DNA of 63,944 nt, the filler included, from Ministeria vibrans ATCC 50519 (taxonomy: Eukaryota; Protista; Filasterea): the NCBI GenBank assembly GCA_943704425.1. It is 5 parts of 5 records of this genome, joined end to end, with 100 filler letters (N's around TTAATTAATTAA, not from the genome) between each part and the next. Parts side by side here need not be neighbours in the genome. Positions count along the whole stretch, not along the records: positions 1 to 19,351 come from CALSCP010001487.1; 4 more parts are not named here. One strand, written 5' to 3'. Shown one piece after another: positions 1 through 13,024 of the stretch (within the stretch, counting starts at the first letter, position 1; the number at the start of each line of letters is the position of its first letter). The notes under the pieces are model-generated. The model saw only the letters and a list, made by a program, of their open reading frames with translations. It did not search any database and was not told the origin of the DNA. A program made the position numbers and the translations under genes.

Positions 1-1
1 A

Positions 2-28
<27 letters not shown>
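1..28. repeat. Poly(A) tract at window start
   Basis: 28 consecutive A. Confidence 0.9.
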
Positions 29-34
<6 letters not shown>

Positions 35-747
35 CTCTTCAGCTGTTTCAGCCTTGTAGGAGCCGAAGCGGATGCATGGGAGATGGTACGAAGTAGCCGA
101 GAAGGACTGAAGGAGTGCCGCGCGATGCTCAGCATGGGCGTGCGCAGGGTGAGCGACCTGTCGGATCGAACTGGAAAGACCCAAGGGCAAAAGCTTCATT
201 GTACAAGACAATCTAGCCATCCGAAGCGGCTGCTTCACCCCCGCATGGGCCGAAGCGGACATGAAGATCAGTTCTCGGTGCTGCCGCTGAGTGATGTTTG
301 CCCCTCTTTGGTGAGCGAGAGCACCCATCCACTGCACCTACGGACCAAATGCCATATCTACTGCGTAACGTGTCCGACAGCAGCGTGGCTGTTTAAACGT
401 ACCGCGATGTGTGTGAGGAATGACCGGAAAGCTTTCGTCAGAGTCTGCTGGCTCTCTAATAAATGGGTTATATTCCTATTGTTTGTGACAATTTTATTCA
501 CAATTATTTAGTGAGACGTCGTGAAAATAAATGCCGATCGGCGTGCAGGACAGGGGTTGGAGACTTGGAAGTTGGAGGGGAAGACTTGAGAGGACTGAGA
601 GGACTGGGAGGACTGAAGCGGACTGGGGAGGACTGGCCAAATTGCATAGTAAAAAGACATTATTTTATAGAATAGAATAGAATACAACCCATTTATTCAA
701 TATTCATTACAGTCACCAGTTATTTTATACTATTTCCCCCTATTCAT

Positions 748-2063
748 ATGTCTTCAACTCTGTGCTACCTGGTGACTGCGGTCGTCGCACTTGCCGCTGT
801 GATGGTCGCTTCGCAAGGAATTGGACACCTTGCACCGCTTGTGCCTCAGGAATTTACTGCTGAGATGGTAAGAGAGAGAGAGAAAAAGTGTGTGTATGAT
901 GTTGGAAGACAAACAGTGAGTATCGACTCGTGTAGCGCCAGCACAAGTTCAACCACAACGGGTTTGGGGTGAACCACAACTGCACCGGGAGCTACACCAG
1001 CAGCTACTCGCAAAACATGATCCGGCAAGACATTGCGGTTGACGGCGTGTCGGGAATGCCCCTCGTTGCTGCCAACGGCTTCTGCTCGTCCATCTTCGAT
1101 TTCAACAGCAACACGAACACCGAGGTGTGCTGGGAGAGCATCGGTGCCACGCCGACGTGTTATCTGGGCCCGTTTGGTACGTCAATTGAATGTTTTCACC
1201 TTTTATCATCAAAAATTTCCAAAAAAAAAAATATTAGTCATTTCATCCACGTAAAACATTATGTATAACATTGAGATCGTGCAAGTATGTTTGGAAAGGA
1301 TGAGATGGTCTGGAAAAGTATATGTTTGTGAAACAGTTGATTATTGTACGTTTCATTGTTGAAGTTTTACATCGACTCACAGTTTCCTCACAGTGTCATG
1401 TCTGCTATCCATTTCAAAACGATTACCCAATCGCATAGTCGACATGTGTATATTATATCGTTTCTGTGTTTAAGACTCAAAAGACGACATATTAAACGAC
1501 ATTAAGCTTGTGAGTCATTCTGCACTGATGATTGGGCTGTACATTATTTTACATGTTCCATTTCCCAGAATGACGGACAACTCACTCACTCTTTTCTCGA
1601 CAGGTTATCTGCCCCCCATGAAAGACACATACCTGCGCGATGTCAACGCGGTCTTTTTCGGCACTCAGCCTGACCCTATTCACACGACAGTTGCGCGATG
1701 GCAGTTTCTTCCATCGGAACTCCCAAACACCGTTGTGACAGTCTATGTCACGGAATCCACACCGGCAGTGGTCACTCGCGTCGACATCACATCAAACGAC
1801 AAAACCCAAGGCGCAGTTGGAGTGGTCATGTAAGAATCATGATTACTTGTAGATATTGATCAAACAGAAACACACATTGAGCGAGCGTGTGATATGAATT
1901 GTTGGTGACCTGCACATGGGACAGTACTAAAAGTTGAAATAGGGAGTTCTTCAATGTGGCGGCGGGTCCTCCTTCTCTTCTTCCCAAGTCCCTCTTTACC
2001 GGTGCAGGAGTCTGTCCCAACTACACTGTTCCTCTATCATCTTCTACTTTGCCTCTTGCATAA
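748..2063 (+). CDS. Secreted protein, probably ependymin-related (EPDR/LolA-like fold); 4 exons
   Basis: Hydrophobic signal peptide MSSTLCYLVTAVVALAAVMVASQG. GT-AG splicing joins PLVPQEFTAEM | RQHKFNHNGFGVNHNCTGSYTSSYSQNMIRQDIAVDG...CYLGPF | GYLPPMKDTYLRDVNAVFFG...GVVM | EFFNVAAGPPSLLPKSLFTGAGVCPNY...*. The C-terminal FFNxxxGxxxxxxxxFxxxxxC resembles the ependymin-family end. The family call is tentative. Confidence 0.55.
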
Positions 2064-2135
2064 ACCTTATAATGTTATTCTATTTTTGAGTATTATTATT
2101 ATACAGAATTAGTATAGTTGCGTATGTACAGGGCG

Positions 2136-3057
2136 TCAGGGAATCTCGTTGACACTAACCACCACAGGCACTCCGTCGCCATACACCAGAGTCATAGTGC
2201 CGTTGAGGGTCTCCAGCGCCTCTTCGGTGCGCTCCATTAGTGCCTGAAAGCGAGCCTTGGCATTTGCGTCGGTTTTGCGGCGCTTTCTCAAGGCAACAAA
2301 TTCCGAGGCACCCAAGCCAATAAGTTGTGAAAAGACGGCGTCACCCAGACGTGCGGCAAAAGGACCCGAGCTTGTGCGCAAGATCACATCCGCTGCATAC
2401 ACACCTCCGGCGGTGCTCAGCGAGCTGGTGACCTCGTCGACTGTAGCGACGACGCTCCGCTTGCGACGCTGTTCTTCCTGAGGTGCGCCACCGGAGTCGG
2501 TCAGATCAACAACACGCGGCACGGGCACGGAAGAGATCGAGTTGGAGACGACAACAGGATCAGCCGAGTGTTGTACAGTAGGCTCACTCTTGACCTGAAC
2601 CATCTCTACGTCCGAGGGGTCACCAGTGCCAAGGAGCGCCTCCTCCGACAAATCCATCATGGCCAGGACGGCGTCGTCAATAAAATCGTCACCATTTTCT
2701 GCTTCAAAAGCGTCGTCATCGACGCTGATCGTATTGGCCACCACGTCGGGCACACGTCGCGACGGAGAGGCAGGCAAAGGGCGAGGGACAGGAGGAGGAG
2801 CGGGCGCATTGATGACAGGGAGCGCAACTGGAACATCATCGCCCTCGTCGTCGTCGTCGTCGTACCTACGCCAAGTTATTCAGCATATACCGAGAAGAGA
2901 AAAAAGCAACACAAGTACCCTATTCTAGAACGCAAAATGGTTGCATAGCTGTTTGCGTCACGCAGTGCATCCACGCCACTTCCTTCGAGCAGCTCCACAC
3001 ACTGACCGTCGAGCAACAAGGTATTGTTGCGCACACGAGCGCCTCGGACTCGAATCT

Positions 3058-3093
<36 letters not shown>

Positions 3094-3745
3094 TGTGTGT
3101 GTGAGTGGGTGTTACAAATTGTCTGCTCTCAAGCAATGGGGCTATCTATATATACCTTGGAGCCGGGTGCGATGGCCTTGGAGATGGCTCGCAACGGCCG
3201 ATACTCCATGCCACGGACGGTCTGAACGCCATCAGTGAGACGCATCAATAGACACCTCGGAGCACGTCCTCCACGCGCGTCGGCTGCACCGCCATTTGGA
3301 TTGGCATGGTTGTTCTGGCGCTGTTGCTCTGCGTCGGCGTTGTCATTGTCGTCGTCGTCGTCGTTTTCGTCGGCGTCCTCTCGCTCACGCATAATAAGGC
3401 CGCGCGCGTCGTGCACGCCCTGTCGAGCCGCTTTAGCACGGTCCTGTTGAATACGGTCGATCTGCGAGAAGGCGCTGTTTGCAATGCAGGTGACCATGTC
3501 GATTTGAAGCACAATGCCTCCCGTTCCGGCGCCAACTTGAAATTCGCCCTGTCGCCCCTTCATACCGACGGGCAACGCCGCCGCCCCTGCACCACTAGAA
3601 AGATCAGTCGACAACCAGCGGGAGAACACTCGCTGTGGAAGACTCAACGGACTCTACGAACACAAAAGTGCGTCTCGAACTCGTTTGTGACGGAAACAGT
3701 TGAAACAACTAACAATGGAAACCCAGACGGTCGTAAAAGTGCCCC

Positions 3746-3827
<82 letters not shown>

Positions 3828-3997
3828 AAGAGAGAGAGAGAAAGATAACACAACCGAGAGAAGAGCAAAAGGACAAAAGAAGAGGAGAAGAGCGAAACAC
3901 AAACCTGTGTGAGTTTCAGTTCGGTGATGGTCGTCTGTAGCCACGCCGGGTCGGCATAGACACCACGGCTCCGCAGCCACCCATTAACAGGGTCCAT
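2136..3997 (-). CDS. RMI1: RecQ-mediated genome instability protein 1 (multi-exon)
   Basis: N-terminal WLRSRGVYADPAWL, then OB-fold motifs VLQIDMVTCIANSAFSQ and RCLLMRLTDGVQTVRGMEYRPL...APGSK, then an RMI1_C-like region FAARLGDAVFSQLIGLGASEF...EALETLNGTMTL. Confidence 0.85.
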
Positions 3998-4335
3998 ATC
4001 AACGTATCAAAGTGAAGAGCGAGCGCAAAATTAAAATATGTGTGTGAATTGTACTGTTTGTGAAGAAGAAAAATACTTACTGATCATCACGGTAGTTTCA
4101 CCACTGCACGCTTTCTCTGCGCCATCGCCCCCCTCATACCTGTAGCCTAACCGAAAAACCGGCTGGACCGCGGTCGCTCCTTCCCGCTCACCCTCCAAGT
4201 GCGACAGATCGCCGACAGATGCAATATGACGTCTTTTTGTTTGAAAATTGAACCAGTTAATAATTATTATCATTCTTTAATCTTTTGGTCTCTCTGCAGT
4301 CTCTCTCACACACACTCTGCTTTGAACCAAGCCAC

Positions 4336-5229
<894 letters not shown>

Positions 5230-5283
5230 TAATAAACGACACGTTCTTTATTCCTCCTCCTCCTTCTCTCAACCGAACGTGTC

Positions 5284-5556
5284 TCAAAGGACATCGGGAA
5301 ACACCTTGGCCAGACACTCGATCATAATAGAGACTTTTTTCTGGTCACAGTTGTAAATATCTAAGCGAGCAAGAGAGAGCGAGTAAGCGATTCGAGAGCG
5401 TCACAGTGAATGGATATACCTTCGCCAGTAAAGTTTGCAGTGTTGACACCGAGCCTGTTCATAAAGGCAACGGCAGTACAGCAGTTATCAATGTAGTGCA
5501 CAGGCAGACGCGGAGACTCCTTGTAGCGCTTGTTCACACCAGACGACGACACGTGC

Positions 5557-5627
<71 letters not shown>

Positions 5628-8097
5628 TTTCATTAAACCTAACTATTATTCTTTTAATTCAACTGCCTTGCACACACACATCGTTAGAATGAAAGGAAAA
5701 GATGAATTTTGTTTTGTTTTAATACATTGTAATTATATAACTTACAACTTACGACGGATCAAACCTTTAAAGAAATCAAAACTGTTACCATCCTACAACG
5801 GACCAAACACAGCTGTTAGATGAACAAAGAAAAAGTATAGTGACAAGACAGCATGTTGTACGGGATTGAGGGCGACCAGCTCACCCGTGACCACATCACG
5901 AGCACTCAGACAGCCCGAGCCAGCTGCGATACCCGTGATACGACATCGACTTGCGCCACCGTCTACCTCCACCTCTTGGTCGGTGTGCAGCCACAGTGCC
6001 GTGTATTCGCGCTCGAGACGTCCGCCAAAGCCGTGTTCTCTGAGCTGCGCCACAATAGGCTCAAGCTGATCGAGTGTCGCCGCAAGCACCTTTTCGCGGG
6101 TCAACGGTGCCGTGTCACTAAGCTGAAGCAGGCAGGCGGCAGGCGCACGGTTAAACACGTTGATGCCAAGTCCAACGGCAACACGGTAGATCTGTTCGTC
6201 GAGAAGCAACTCAGAGCGACAAATGACACCGGCAACTTTGCGATCGCCAATGTATATGTCGTTGGGCCACTTGATGCGCAAGTCGCGGTCGACCAAGGCC
6301 CGCTCGGCGTCCGTGCGCATGAGGGCGCGCACACCCCGCACGAGCGCCATGGAGACGATGTACTGAGCAAACACCAAGTGCTCCGCTCGCGGTCCCATGT
6401 CGACGGTGAAGGTCGTCTGCACACTGCCGACATGGCTCTCCCACGAGTTCTTGCCACGTCCCCTGCCGCTCGTCTGCTCGTCCGCGATCATGAGCGAGCC
6501 CGCCGGAAAACTGCTGAACAGCTCGCCAGTCATGAGCGTCTGCGTGCTCGTCACAACAGGCGCATACAGCACAGTGCGCCCGATCTGTGCGGTGGAGAGT
6601 GCGTCGATGAACGCCACGGGACAAAATGCGGCAGCGCGGTCGCTCTCCGTCGTCGTCGTCGTCGTCGTCGCTGAGCGGTGGATGAGTGCCTGCGATGGAT
6701 GAGTGGACGCGAGCAGCGACCCGGACGGCGCCCCTGATCCCGGGATCGCAACCACTCCCAGGCGTGCTGCGGCCGCCGCTGAGGTCACCTTGGCTGCTAC
6801 ACGGACTGCGTCTCGCCCGTACACGCGCAGGACAACGTCGCGCATTGCTTTCATGCAAAGTGAGATGAAAAAGTTATTTGATTATTGAATTTCCAATCTT
6901 GGAATGATGAATCTAAAATTCTAAATTGTAAACCAACTGCTGATTACTCCACTTGTTTTGTTGACCTTTTGTTGAAATTATGTCTGACGATTCTGTTACC
7001 GCGTGCTCTTCGTTGGAGGAGATCTATGGAGACGCAAGCGCCACGCAGTACTGAAACATAAACGTTTGCGACTCTCTCTCATTCGCGGACACCCACAGAA
7101 GTGCCTACTATGCTTCAATGAAGGCAACATTCGAGGAACAGTTTGCATGTGCACCCGACTACTTTGCACGGGCGCCTGGTCGCGTGAATCTGATTGGTAT
7201 GTGCAGTGCACACTCACCAAAAAAATATACTCATCAAAACATAACAACATTACGTGTGTGTGTGTGACTCAGGCGAGCACATCGACTACCACGGGTACGC
7301 GGTGCTCCCCATGGCCATTGAGCAGGATATTGTCATGGCTGTTGCTCCGCGTGTATGGTGGGGGAGGGAGGGAGGGAGTGTGTGTGTGTGTGTAGTGCAC
7401 TGCGACGGCGCGTCTTGAAGACCTGTTGTGTGTTGTGTGTAGGACGATGCGCGTGTCGTTGTGGCCAATATGAACGAGAAGCACTGTGCGCAGCAGTTTG
7501 ACGCACTTGCCAAGGATCTTACCATTGATAAGACAGTTCATGCTTGGACTAACTATGTTCTGGCGGGCTTCAAGGGTGTCCTGGAGCATTTCAACGTCAG
7601 TCTTCTCTCGTAGCAGCGCACCCTGACTGAAACCCAATGCATAGATTGACACCTCGCGTGGTGCCAACATTCTTGTGGGAGGGCGCGTTCCACCTTCGGC
7701 GGGTCTTTCGTCGTCGTCCGCTCTTGTGTGCTGTTCGGCACTTGCACTGGCGCGACTCAACAACTCGACTATGTCGCGCTTGGAGTTTGCATCGCTGTGC
7801 ACTACCTGCGAGAAATATGTGGGAACCGAAGGCGGCGGGTAGGTCAACGAGAATAGTTTTATGCCATTGAAGAAAAATGAGGTTGCATATAATAATAATT
7901 ATATTATTATATATGTGTGTAGGATGGACCAGAGCATTTCGTTTCTGGCGAGTGCAGGACAGGCCAAGTACATTTCATTTCGGCCACTCAAGGCGGAGTC
8001 GGTTGCGCTGCCGATCGGCGCCACCTTTGTCATTGCCAACTCGCTTGTAGAGGCGAACAAAGTTGTAAGGAAGGAGAAAGAAACAAAGTGATAGAGG

Positions 8098-8184
<87 letters not shown>

Positions 8185-8219
8185 GGGAGAAAGAAACAAA
8201 GTGATAGAGNNNNNNNNNN

Positions 8220-8259
<40 letters not shown>

Positions 8260-8276
8260 GGGAGAAAGAAACAAAG

Positions 8277-8322
<46 letters not shown>

Positions 8323-10208
8323 ATGAAACAAAGCGAAAGAGAGAGAAAGAAACAAAGCGAGAGAGAGAGAGAGAGAAACAAAGCGATGAGAGACAGAAAG
8401 AGAGAGGTGGGAAGGAGGGAAAAAGAAACAAAGTGATAGAGAGAGAGAGAAGATGAGTGGTATGAGAGTGGGGGCCTAAGCGTACCTCCAGTGCTTTGAT
8501 GAGAACCACTCCCGTCTTGAGCGACTCCAGCTCGTCTACTTCGTCATCCAGGTCGGCGTCCCTTGTGTGCTTTTGCGCCCACGACAGCAGCCCCTACTCC
8601 ACCATACGCAGCGTGTCAATTTTTTCTTCTTCTCTCACTCTGATTTGGTTTGTTCTTACCGCCTTGAGGGAATCAAAGTCGCGTGGACCGCCCGTCGCCT
8701 TGAGGGTCGCCACCTTCTCGGCCATATTGTCATCACCACCGACAAGACTGACTGAGCCCGGACGGGCTTTGCGTGGTGGAGCGGGCTTGGGCTTCTTGAG
8801 CACAGTGGGTTTGGAGGCCACAGGTGCAGGGGCAGCCTGTTCGACCACCGCGGGTTTGGGAGCCGCAGGTGCAGGGGCAGCCTGCTCGACCACCGCAGGT
8901 TCGGGGGTCACAGGTGCAGGGGCAGCCTCCTCGACCACCGCGGGCTCAGGCTCAGTCACAACCATCTCGGCCACTGTTGCCTCGACTGCTTGCTCCACCT
9001 CTTGCTCCAGTTCGGGTTCAGGTTCAGGTTCGGGTTCGGCAGCCACAAGGACTGGCGCTGCGGCAGTGGGTTTCTTCAGCGACTCAAGAGCCTCGCGCTC
9101 CACATCGTCGTTGTCGTCGTCGCCCCAGTCGTCATCGTCGTCATCCACCTTCTCATCGTCGCTGTCCGGTCGCTTCATAGGCGGTGGGGGCAAATGGGGT
9201 TCAGCCGATATCACCTGGGCGGCCGGTGGGCGCGCCAGTGATACTGCAGCCTCCTTCTCGACGGCGTCCGCGTCATTCTCGCCCCAGTCCTCGTCGTCGT
9301 CGCCACCACCCTCTTCATCTTCGTCCGCCCACGCCATACCCTTGGGAGGTGGCATCACAACTGCAGCAGCAGCAGCAACATCAGTAGTAGCAACAGCAAC
9401 AACAGCAGCGGAAGTGGGTTCTTCAGACTCAGGGTCGGCAATGGCCTGCGGCACAGGCTCAATGATTTCAGGCTCAGCTTCCGCTTGGGGCTCGGGCTCG
9501 GCTGTTTCCTCCTCCTCCTCCACCTTGGGCTCAGGCACAGCCACTACAGGAGCAGGCGCTTCCTCCTGAACGGAAGCAGGTGCCTCGACCGACGTATCAC
9601 GCTTCACACGAACACTGAGACGCGCAGCAATGAGCGCAGCCGCAGTCGCCCTCGGGTCCTTCGAACCACCGCCATCCCCGCCAGTGCTCCCATCGACAGA
9701 CACCGCATTGGACTTGGGTCGCAGACGAGCGGCAATCATGGCGGCAGCAGCCGCACGTGGGTCCATAGGCTTTCCATCGTCGCCAATGGTTGAAGTTCGC
9801 TTCGACGTGACCGTCTTCGCGGTCAGCGATGCCCGTTTTGCCTCCAACACGGCCTTGGCAGCACGTTCCTTGGCCTGGCGCAGCTGTTCCGTCGCACGCG
9901 CCACCTCATCATCAACCACCTCTGGCTCCGCCTCGGGCTCTTCGATGTCTTCTGCCTCTGCAGCGGCTGCGTCCGCAGCAGCTTCAGCTTCCGCCACAGC
10001 CGCAGCCGCCGCCACACGTCGTTCCTCCTCTTGTCGCTTTCGCTCCTCCTCTGCCTGTCTCGCCGCAGCTTGTCTCTCTGCCTCAGCTTGTGCAGCAGCG
10101 GCAGCAGCTTGTCTCTCTGCCTCAGCTTGTGCAGCAGCGGCAGCAGCTTGTCTCTCTGCCTCAGCTCGTGCAGCAGCAGCAGCAGCTTGTCTATCAGCCT
10201 CAGCTTGT

Positions 10209-10264
<56 letters not shown>

Positions 10265-13024
10265 TTGTCTCTCTGCCTCAGCTTGTGCAGCAGCAGCAGC
10301 AGCTTGTCTCTCAGCCTCAGCTTTTGCCTCAGCCTCAGCAGCTTGTCTCTCAGCCTCAGCTTTTGCCTCAGCCTCGGCTTGAGCCTGTGCTGCCGCCGTC
10401 GCAGCCGCCTCGACCTCTTGCTGTTGACGCACTCGCTCGGCTTCAACCTCCTGTTGCCTTCGCTGGTGCTCAACCTGCGCAGCAGCTGCGGCAGCGGCCA
10501 CAGCAGCCGCTTGAGCCTGGGCTTGGGTTTGCTGTTGTCTCTCAGCCTCGGCTTCAGCCTGAGCCTGAGCCTGAGCCTGAGCTTGGGCCTCCTCGGCCTG
10601 TTGCTGAGCCTCATCGTGCTTGGCCTTCTCGGCCGCTCTATTTGCGATTGCCAAGGCCTGCTCCAGCTGGCGCTGGTGTGCAACTTTGGCCTCGGCACGC
10701 ATGCGCTCCTCGGGCGACATCTCCAAAGGATCGTCGTCCTCATCGGCGGGCGGCGGCGGAGGAAGAAGATCGGCGTGCTGTTGATGCACCTGTTGCTCAG
10801 CCTCGACCGGAGGCTCGCCTGGCGGCGGAGGCGGAGGCAGATCGTCTTGATGCGCTTGTACCTGTGCTGGAACCTGAGCGACGACCGACGTTGGAGGAGG
10901 CGGTGGAGGCGACATATTAACGAGCGTTGGATCGGCGGGGGCAGTGGATGGTTGGCCCGAGCCGGGCACGACACCCGAGCCGGGCAAGGGTGGAGGCGCA
11001 TTGGACTCGCCCTTTTTCCCACGTTTCTTTGCCTCCTTCTCCAGTCGCTTGCGCTCCTCCTTCTCATACTTTTCACGCTCCTTCGCCCGTTCCTTGGCCT
11101 CTTTCTCCGCTGCTTTGCGCTCCTTGTCGGTCATGGAGCCGGTACCGCCATCGCCACCCATATCCATTGTGTCACTGAGACCCGACGGCTGTCGCGACGC
11201 ACTCTTGTTACTACCACCACCACTGCCGGCACCCAGACCATCATTACATTTCATAATGGCCACCAGTTCCTTGGGAGCCGCTTCCATGCGCGTGGCAAAG
11301 CCAAGCAGCTGCATCCAGCGCTGCGCGGTAACCTCGTCTTCGTGGAAGAAGAAGTACGTGTCCATGCTGTGGTGGGTCGCTTTGAAGGCGTTCTTCTTGG
11401 CGATTTTGTCCTCCTTGACGACGGGCGACACACAGTAGCCCGGCAGTGTGATGATGCCGAGTGCACGACGGTCGTCGGGCGTCTTAAAGTAGTAGACACA
11501 GTGGTCTTCGGCGAGCACAAACCAGCGAGTCTTCCAGTTCTTCCACGAGCCGCCCTGTTTGGTGAGCCAGCCAGCGTGCACCACAGGACCCATGTCCTCG
11601 GGTGTCACAGTGATACCCTTGGCCAGGTTGCGTGCCGCCTTCTTGGCATGGCGCTTGTCGGCAAGCACTGCCTCCATTGGGACCATCTCGGCGTTGGAGG
11701 GCACGCCCGGAATAAACGCACCGCTCGAGGTCACGCGCGATGCCGACGACTGTGGCTTACCCTGATTCATCATCGTCTTGAGCGCCTCTTCGGGCTTGGC
11801 GTGCACGCGCACTTGCTGCTCCTGAACCGGCGCAGCAGCAGCAGCAGCAGCGGGCGCGACCTGCTTGGGCGGAGGCGCCTTCTGCGATGACATGGCGGGT
11901 GTCTTGCCTTGGCGCAACTCAGCCACATTGGTCAGGATGCGATCACAGAGGTGTGAGTGTTGCACGTGCAGTTCGGCAAGTCGTTCGCGCGTGATACAGA
12001 GCAACTGACGCCCGTCAATCTGATTTTCGCGAAAGACACTTGTGACGGCCGTACAGCCAAGGGCCACCAGCCATTGCTGCACTTGTTGCACATTCCACGC
12101 TGCAGATGGCACATCCGGAATGGCCTGCACAGGGACAAGCGCAGGAGCAGTAGCAGGAGCAGCGGCAGCCACCGCAGGAGCAGAAGTAGGCGTCGGTTGT
12201 TGTTGTTGTTGTTGCTGCTGTTGCTGCTGCTGAGGCGCAGGTTGGGTCGGTTGGGGAGGGGGTGCAGCGGGGGATTGAAGAGCAGTTTCAACGCTGCGGG
12301 TGGGCGGAGGAGGAGGCTGGCTTGCAGGAGGTGCTTGAGGACCACTGCCAGTACCGACGGCAGTGCGCATGGCAGCTGCAAGAGCATGTGCAGCGGGAGG
12401 TGAATTGTGAGCTACACCAGCCTGTTCGCCGGCCTTGGGCGCCATCCCTGGTGGTGCAGGAGGCATTGCGGCCGGAGCGACCTTGACCTGCATTGGTTGT
12501 GGTGGTGGAGCGCTGGCAGGAGCGACCTTGACCTGCATTGGTTGCGGTGGTGGAGCGCTGGCAGGAGCGACCTTGACCTGCATTGGTTGCGGTGGTGGAG
12601 CGCTGGCAGGAGCGACCTTGACTTGCATTGGTTGTGGTGGTGGAGCGGCCGCGGGCACATGTTTGACTTGAGCTGGCTGTGGTGCGGTTGTTGCAGGCGC
12701 GGGTGCCACAGCAACAGGCTGCGGCGGTGGAGCAGCCGCAGCTGTGGCGGGTGGCGCCTGGGCTCCCACCTCCTGGAAGAGCTCGACAAACTCCTTGCCA
12801 AAGATGCCTTTCTTATCGTCTTTGAGGCGTTGGCCCTGTGCGCACAACGAAAGAGTCTCGATCAACAACACAAGAGGGCACAGGACACAAAAAAAGACAC
12901 TCACCAGAAACCACTCCTCATCGAGGTCTTTGAGGATGCGGACTTTATCCCCGGGAGCCAGATCAAGCTCGTCTTCCTCCTGAGCCTCAAACTCGTGCAG
13001 CGTCACATAGATGGAGCCGGCCAT
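5284..13024 (-). CDS. Large scaffold: SH3 - Pro-rich repeats - SAM - PH - poly-Pro - Ala/Glu/Gln coiled coil - acidic DW motifs - C-terminal calponin-homology (CH) domain; Boi1/Pob1-like N-terminal half
   Basis: SH3 [26 protein letters not shown]...GIFGKEFV; [18 protein letters not shown]...[12 protein letters not shown]; [24 protein letters not shown]...CVYYFK. The CH domain is assembled from exon 8593-8486 (GLLSWAQKH...[13 protein letters not shown]) joined in phase 0 to exons 5555-5420 and 5360-5284 ([62 protein letters not shown]). Confidence 0.8.
5558..5622. repeat. (GA)n microsatellite at a 3' splice site / possible assembly junction
   Basis: Uninterrupted GA repeat immediately upstream (on the - strand) of the CH exon acceptor at 5556-5557. 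Confidence 0.9.
5742..6854 (-). CDS. HLCS: Biotin--protein ligase / holocarboxylase synthetase (2 exons)
   Basis: [21 protein letters not shown] and IKWPNDIY...KVAGVI motifs. Removing the last intron gives the family C-terminus [19 protein letters not shown]. Confidence 0.92.
6980..8064 (+). CDS. GALK2: Galactokinase / GalNAc kinase (GHMP family), 5' half only
   Basis: Spliced motifs [57 protein letters not shown] and [12 protein letters not shown]. No downstream exons were found before the opposite-strand exon at 8486. Confidence 0.85.
8068..8450. repeat. GA-rich compound repeat with AAAGAAACAAAGTGATAGAG units and a 10-N gap (8210-8219)
   Basis: The unit AAAGGAGGGAGAAAGAAACAAAGTGATAGAG occurs on both sides of the gap. 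Confidence 0.85.

Noticed and set aside
8496-12983. Long antisense ORFs opposite the scaffold gene (and similar ones opposite the aGPCR and SMG1)
   Set aside because: Shadow frames of GC-rich or low-complexity coding sequence with no independent motifs.
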